From Candidatus Omnitrophota bacterium (GTDB taxonomy: Bacteria; Omnitrophota; Gorgyraeia; Gygaellales; Profunditerraquicolaceae), in the NCBI GenBank assembly GCA_026387335.1, contig JAPLLX010000004.1, forward strand, positions 189,485 to 253,484: DNA of 64,000 bases, in the 5' to 3' direction. Shown piece by piece: positions 12,001 to 18,000 of this stretch. Made by a program: the position numbers and the translations under genes. Position 1 is the first letter of the stretch; each line of letters starts with the position of its first letter. The notes under the pieces are model-generated. The model ran no database searches. It was not told the DNA's origin and worked only from the letters and a program-made list of their open reading frames with translations.

Positions 12001-15000
12001 CGTATATGGATTTGCTAATAAATTTATAGCGGCTTTCCCTGCTTGACTCTCAACTCCAAATCTTGCGGCTAAACGCGAACCTAAAGAAGGGGCAATTTCT
12101 TTTGCTGTAGCTACTACACCTCTCCCTAAAGAACCTACTGGATAACCCAACATAGCCCAGAATAATGCATCCTTTGCCAGATCTCCCCCGGATGCCTGTA
12201 TCTCGCCGTTAAGCAACTGGTCTCTTTGTTTAATAAGGTTATCGGCTTTCTCCCATAAACGGTTTCTCCAATAATTTGGTTCTGCCCCTAGCCATTCATT
12301 CGGTTTATCTATAAGATAAGCTAAAGGCGCGCCTAATATATCTATCATTGCAGCATACCCGCTGGAGCCCGCTTTAAGATAATTCTTAATTTTACCCTCA
12401 GAGGTATCCTCTAGGGGAATTGAAATTCCGGCAATACTAAGCTTACCTTTAAATTCTTCTCCTTCAATGGCTTTATTGAGATTGTTGATAGCGGTATTTA
12501 ATTTTTCTCCATTCACACCGGGATCAAACCTGGAATCGCCTGTATCATTATGAATTTTTGTGATTCGTTGTAGCACTGCGCTTCTTTGCGCGTCACTATG
12601 CTGTTGATAAATATCCGCTACCCATTTTTCAAAACCTGCAAAATTAGAAGGTAAGGTAGCTATTTTACCCGAACGATAATCATCAACCCATTGATTCCAA
12701 CCCAATTTTTTAGCATTTTCTTGATAATACTCAGAATAGGATGTAGTATTTTCTTTGTCTGTTTTATTTAAAGCGTCAACGCGGGTTAATAATTCGGCTT
12801 TCTTAATAACTGCCTTTTGTTCATCATTAAGCTTACCCTTAACATAAACTTCTTCAGTTAATCCTGCTTTTTCAGCTTCTGCTTTATTAAACCCCTTAAG
12901 CTGGCTGATATCGTAAAACCCAATTTTCTTAGAATAAGTGCGCATATACTCAGCCAGGCCTGTTTTGCTGTTCAAATCAGCTATATCTGATTTAATTTCA
13001 TCTTCTGTTGCCCATCCTTTATTTACCAGGTCTTGCATAAAGGCTATCCTTACTTTATCATCCTGGGGACGAGCCTTAAAATTAAGGAAGGCGTCAATTG
13101 CAATCGCGCTATTCAAAAGTTTGCTTGTGCCATTAAAATCTTCTTTATCAAGCGATTTCCGCGCTTTCTCTAAAAGGCCTTTAATTTTTTCGTCTTTTTT
13201 AGTCTCGTTTGATTTTTCTAATTCCTTCAGCGGCTTCTCTAAATTCTCCCTCATTTCCTTCTTTGTAACAAATTTCTCTTTGCCATCCTCCTTCGTAAAA
13301 TAAACTTCTTCACTAGTCTTTAACGAATAGTTCTTTTGGCTCATCTCATTCTTAGAAGGCTGGCCGTTAGGAAAATCAATCGTTCCCGAAGCCTTAGTGG
13401 ATTGAAGATAAGTTATACTGGCTACTCCTTTTTTCTCATCCGTGCTTAAAGACCAGGGCATCTTAAATCCCTTAGGAGCGGCATAAGCTAAACCTTCAGC
13501 CTGAGTAATAACCTTGTATTGCACATCGCCGTTAATACCCACGCCCAACATTACCGGAACGGAACTCTCTTCAGAAGGAAGAATAACTGCCCCTAATCTA
13601 TCTTTGACTTTTACCACCTGGGTTTCGCCTTTTTCGCCCAAGACAAAATATTTATCTTTATTCAGCGCGGCATCGGTTTTCTGACCCCAAATGCCATCTG
13701 TTTTTACTTTTAAGTCCGCCTGTAATTTCTCTACCGCTGTTTTATACAGCGGATCTTTATCGCCTTTTATAACAGCGGCTTTATCTAAATAACCTTTCTC
13801 CTTTAAAATACCTACCTTATCCTTAAAGGCTTTATCAGCTGTTGACCCTTCCATACCTTCATTCATAAACGGCAAGGCCTTAATTAAAAGAGCTGGGCGC
13901 GCTATGCCGTCTTCCTTATTCACCAGCAGCTCTTGGCCGATAATCGGCGATGTGCCTACCCCTGCTTTTCCTCCGTCTTTCACATTAGTCAAAGCCCAGA
14001 TAACTTGATGCCTGTCCTGCAATTCAGAATCAAATAAAATCTTATCTTTCGGAGTAACCCAATTCCATACGCCGGCCTTATCCTTTTCCTGAACCGCGTA
14101 ATTAGCGAAAGATGAAACGATATGCAGAACGCCGGCTTTGCTGCCTACTCCATTAATAATAATTCTATCTTTATTCTTGGTATCTATTTTGCTACCCGGC
14201 TCAGAATCTTTCAGGTAAGGTTTGGCGAGAAAAGTTTCGGTGAGTTGGCCAACGCCTTCAATTTCACCATTTGCCTTAAAGGAAATCTCCGCCTCTTTTT
14301 GATTATAGTTAGCGCCTATCCAATGAAGGTTTACATGGCTAATCTTGCCGTCCGGGCCTAAATTTATTGCCACATTACGAAGCAGACTCATACCATCAGG
14401 GAAATCTAAACCCGCGACTATAACTCTCCCCTTAGAAACATCTACATTATCGTAAATGACTACTTTACTTGCAGGGTCAATAAGGTTATATTTCTTGGTT
14501 TTTTGGTCTTGCACTAATTTATAAACGCCTTCATATGTCTCCACAGTCTTATCTTTATTAATCTCATAGGATTTGGAGGTCCTGGCGCCGCTATACTTTA
14601 TCCCCTGCGCTTCGGTAACCAGGTCAAATTTAAATTTATCCTCCTTATCAAAATCCATACCCGTCAATATTCCGCTTTTACTAAAATATACCGGGCCGGT
14701 TGGATTTTGCTGATAACGTTCATGATCTATTTCATAAGTAAAGTCTCTGGATAATTTAGGGAGAGACTCGGAATTATTTTGAACTCTTAGTTCGTTTTTA
14801 CTGTCATCCCAGGGAACAGAAATAATATCTTTTCCCGCCTGATCCTTAGCCACAGTTACTTTAACCTTTTTCTCCTTATCATTATCATTAATAAGGTAGC
14901 TCTCTTTTACTCCGTCTTTAGTTGATTCTTGTAATTTCCAACCTTCTAGAGGACCATTTTTCTCATATAAAGAAGCGCTATTCTCAAGGCCACGGGATAG

Positions 15001-18000
15001 TGAAGGATTAACTGCGCCGGAAAAAACTAAAGGAGCTGGACCGCCCCAATGCTGGATAGGCCTGATATTAAATTCTTTGCTCGTTGCAGCGTCTGTTCCC
15101 TTGAACGCTAACTGGCCGACTAAAGGTGAGTTGCCTTTTAAAACTACTTCGGAGGTATCTTTACCTGTTTGCCTGGCTACTTCCCAATCAAGACTATGCC
15201 CCTTTTGCACAGCATTCCCAAAGATTACCTCATCGGGAATTTCATTTCCGATTCTATACGCAGCCCAAGAACTTATAATATAGCTAACGCCGTTACTGAG
15301 AAACTCTTTAAGTTTTTCGGCTGAGTTTATATTCTTGATTTCCCCTATTAGTTTAGCCTGAAGCCGGGAGTCTTTTATCTTCCCGCCTTTTGCATCAGTA
15401 AACTCTCCTTTTTCTGCTGCTTCTATTAATACAGTCTTACCTGTTTCAAAATCTTTGTCTATCTTCTTTATTAACTCCGGGTTAAAGTATAATCTTTCTG
15501 TTATTTTCTCCTTGAGATATGTTTCCGAAAGCGTACTATCATTTACGCCAATTGTAAGAATACCTTTATTCTCTTTGTCGCCTCCCGGCCTTATGCCTAA
15601 AGAATTAAAAGTAATGCTTCCGTCTTTATGCACAGAGTAAGAAGTAACCAGGCGCGTATTCCTATCTCCTTCTGCAATCGGAGTATTATCGCCTTTTGAG
15701 TTATCTCGGACCATCTCAAATCCGTTTTCTCCCGACCATTTTGCTCCTTTGGCAAAATTAAGGCTGCTTAAATCCAACCCTACAATATTACCATTCTGGT
15801 GATCAATGTTGGCCACCCAGCCGCCAAAACCCCTGGCAGTAGTCATGGGTATTTTGTTAGAATCTTGAAAAGAACCTGCTCTTGTTAACGCTACCATATC
15901 AGTCTGCGGAGATTCTTTCCCCTCGCCGCCGGCTTTGGGCGTTGGTATAATTAAGTCTCCGTTTACAAGCAAAACAGGGTTGCCGCCAAACTCACCTAAG
16001 TCATAAATAGTGCCTTTTGTCTTTGCAACTATTGATTTATTATCAAACAGTGCGCTGAGAACGTCTTGCTTAGGGACTGGAGTCATAAGAGATTCGCCAC
16101 CTAGTTTACTTTCTAGAAAGTTATCAGCAGGCTTAGAAGACATAATTTCCTGTCTATAACGCTGCTCATATTCTCCCCGGGCATAAGAAAGCTTGGCATC
16201 AAAAGTCTGCTTGCCAAGCACATCAAAGGTGTATAGATAATCTAACTGTCTTAATGTAAGGTCGTTCTCAACGCCGTTTACATCTTTAATTTTTTCAAAC
16301 TTCTTGGTGTCGCCGGGATTAATTATTTCTTTTATAAAAGCTCCGTCGCCGTAAAAATTACCGTCGCCAATGGTAATCTCTCCGGATTGTTCTTTTCGAT
16401 GTCCCAGATACGTGCTGCTATCAAAACGCACGCCCGTATATTTGTCGGCGTAATAAGCCTGGCCTTTTATATTGTCTTTACCCCTAATTGCAAATTCCGG
16501 CACTTTCCATTGAGCGCCCTTGGCATAGTTTAAAGAATTAGGATCTAAACTTAACTGGCCGTCTTTATTATGCACCAAAACCCCTACGGTCCCGGTCATC
16601 TTGTTAACTTCGGCTGACGCGGATTCAACATTCACTACCACACCAGACCCAGGCCCATAAAGGCTCTTAGCATAATCTAAGAATGGCGATCCTGCGTTCT
16701 TTACAACCCAAGTTAACCACTTTTCTGTTTCAGTTGCTTCAACACCCGCCGCCGGCCCAGAATTTTGTAGAGATGTTTTAAATTTTTTGGCCCTATCAAG
16801 ATAATCAGCAGCAGGATAGCTATCTTCCGACAGCTTTTTATTTCCTGCTTGATCTCGGGGTTTAGAATTGGCATTAGTATTATAAGCACTAGTCTCTGGA
16901 AGCAGCAGCTTTAAGCTAACGCTCTCATCGATATTAGAGCTAATGGATATATTCTTCTTTATGAAATCCTTATTTGCTTGTGAGTCATATTTATTAGAAA
17001 GCGGGTTACCGTTAAATTCACTGCGATACCCTGAAACATACTCCACAATATCCTTTTCGTTAAAATATTGATATAAGCCTGTATCTCCCCATAAAACTGC
17101 CGGAACCATCTTGATGTTAATAGTAGAAGTAATGCCTGATTCCTTAGCCTTGATTACCGTAGGAAAGAAGGTCGGATAGATTATGTCCCTGCCTAAGCCG
17201 ACCAGGTTATTTACTGAGGCAAAATGCAAGGTAGACTTGGCGTAATTAACTAAAGAATAAGAGGCGGAAGGTAAAAGCGAGCTGAGGTTCCCATCATCAA
17301 TGAACTTACCCCAGTCAGTATAACCTTTTTGTTTCATTAAATAATCGGCATTGGCTTTGAAATCAGAGGTTCCGGCAAGCTGGGCAATCTTTTCTATATA
17401 TTGAATTTCAGACCAGCCGCCTGCGCCTTTGGTGTATACCGGAGAGGTGCCGCCTAAAGAAACATAATTGGTGGCGAATTCTTCAAATCGCTTATTAAAT
17501 AATCTTCCTGCATACCCTGCCCAAGATTTTTCGCCTAATTCTGCAGTTGATTTATTCGCAGCGATAATTGTGCCGGCTGCAGAATAAAGAGTGGCTGTTC
17601 CTAACCAGTTAACCCCCTCCATTTGTAATCGGGTCAGGCCCCATTTATTCTTATCTGTAACTTTATCAAAATCTCCGCCTAAAGCATTCAGCCCGGCTGA
17701 AACGCCGCCGGATAGAAGGCCGTTAAAAGCCGCTTGATCCCAAGTCAGTTTGTTGGCATTTGCTCCGGCTATGCCTCCTAAGGGCTCGCCTAATAAACGG
17801 CTATAATTAGGATGTTTCTTAAGCTCGCTGCCAAACACTCCCTGAGAAGCAGCATATTCAACAGCCAAACCTACGCCCTGAGAGATTAAAGAACCTTTCA
17901 TATCCTGTAGGGCATATAGAGCGCCCTGATAAGCTGTCGAAGGAGCCACGTAGGCGGAAGATTTTCCTCCTTCTTGAATAATATTTCCGGATATATTCTT

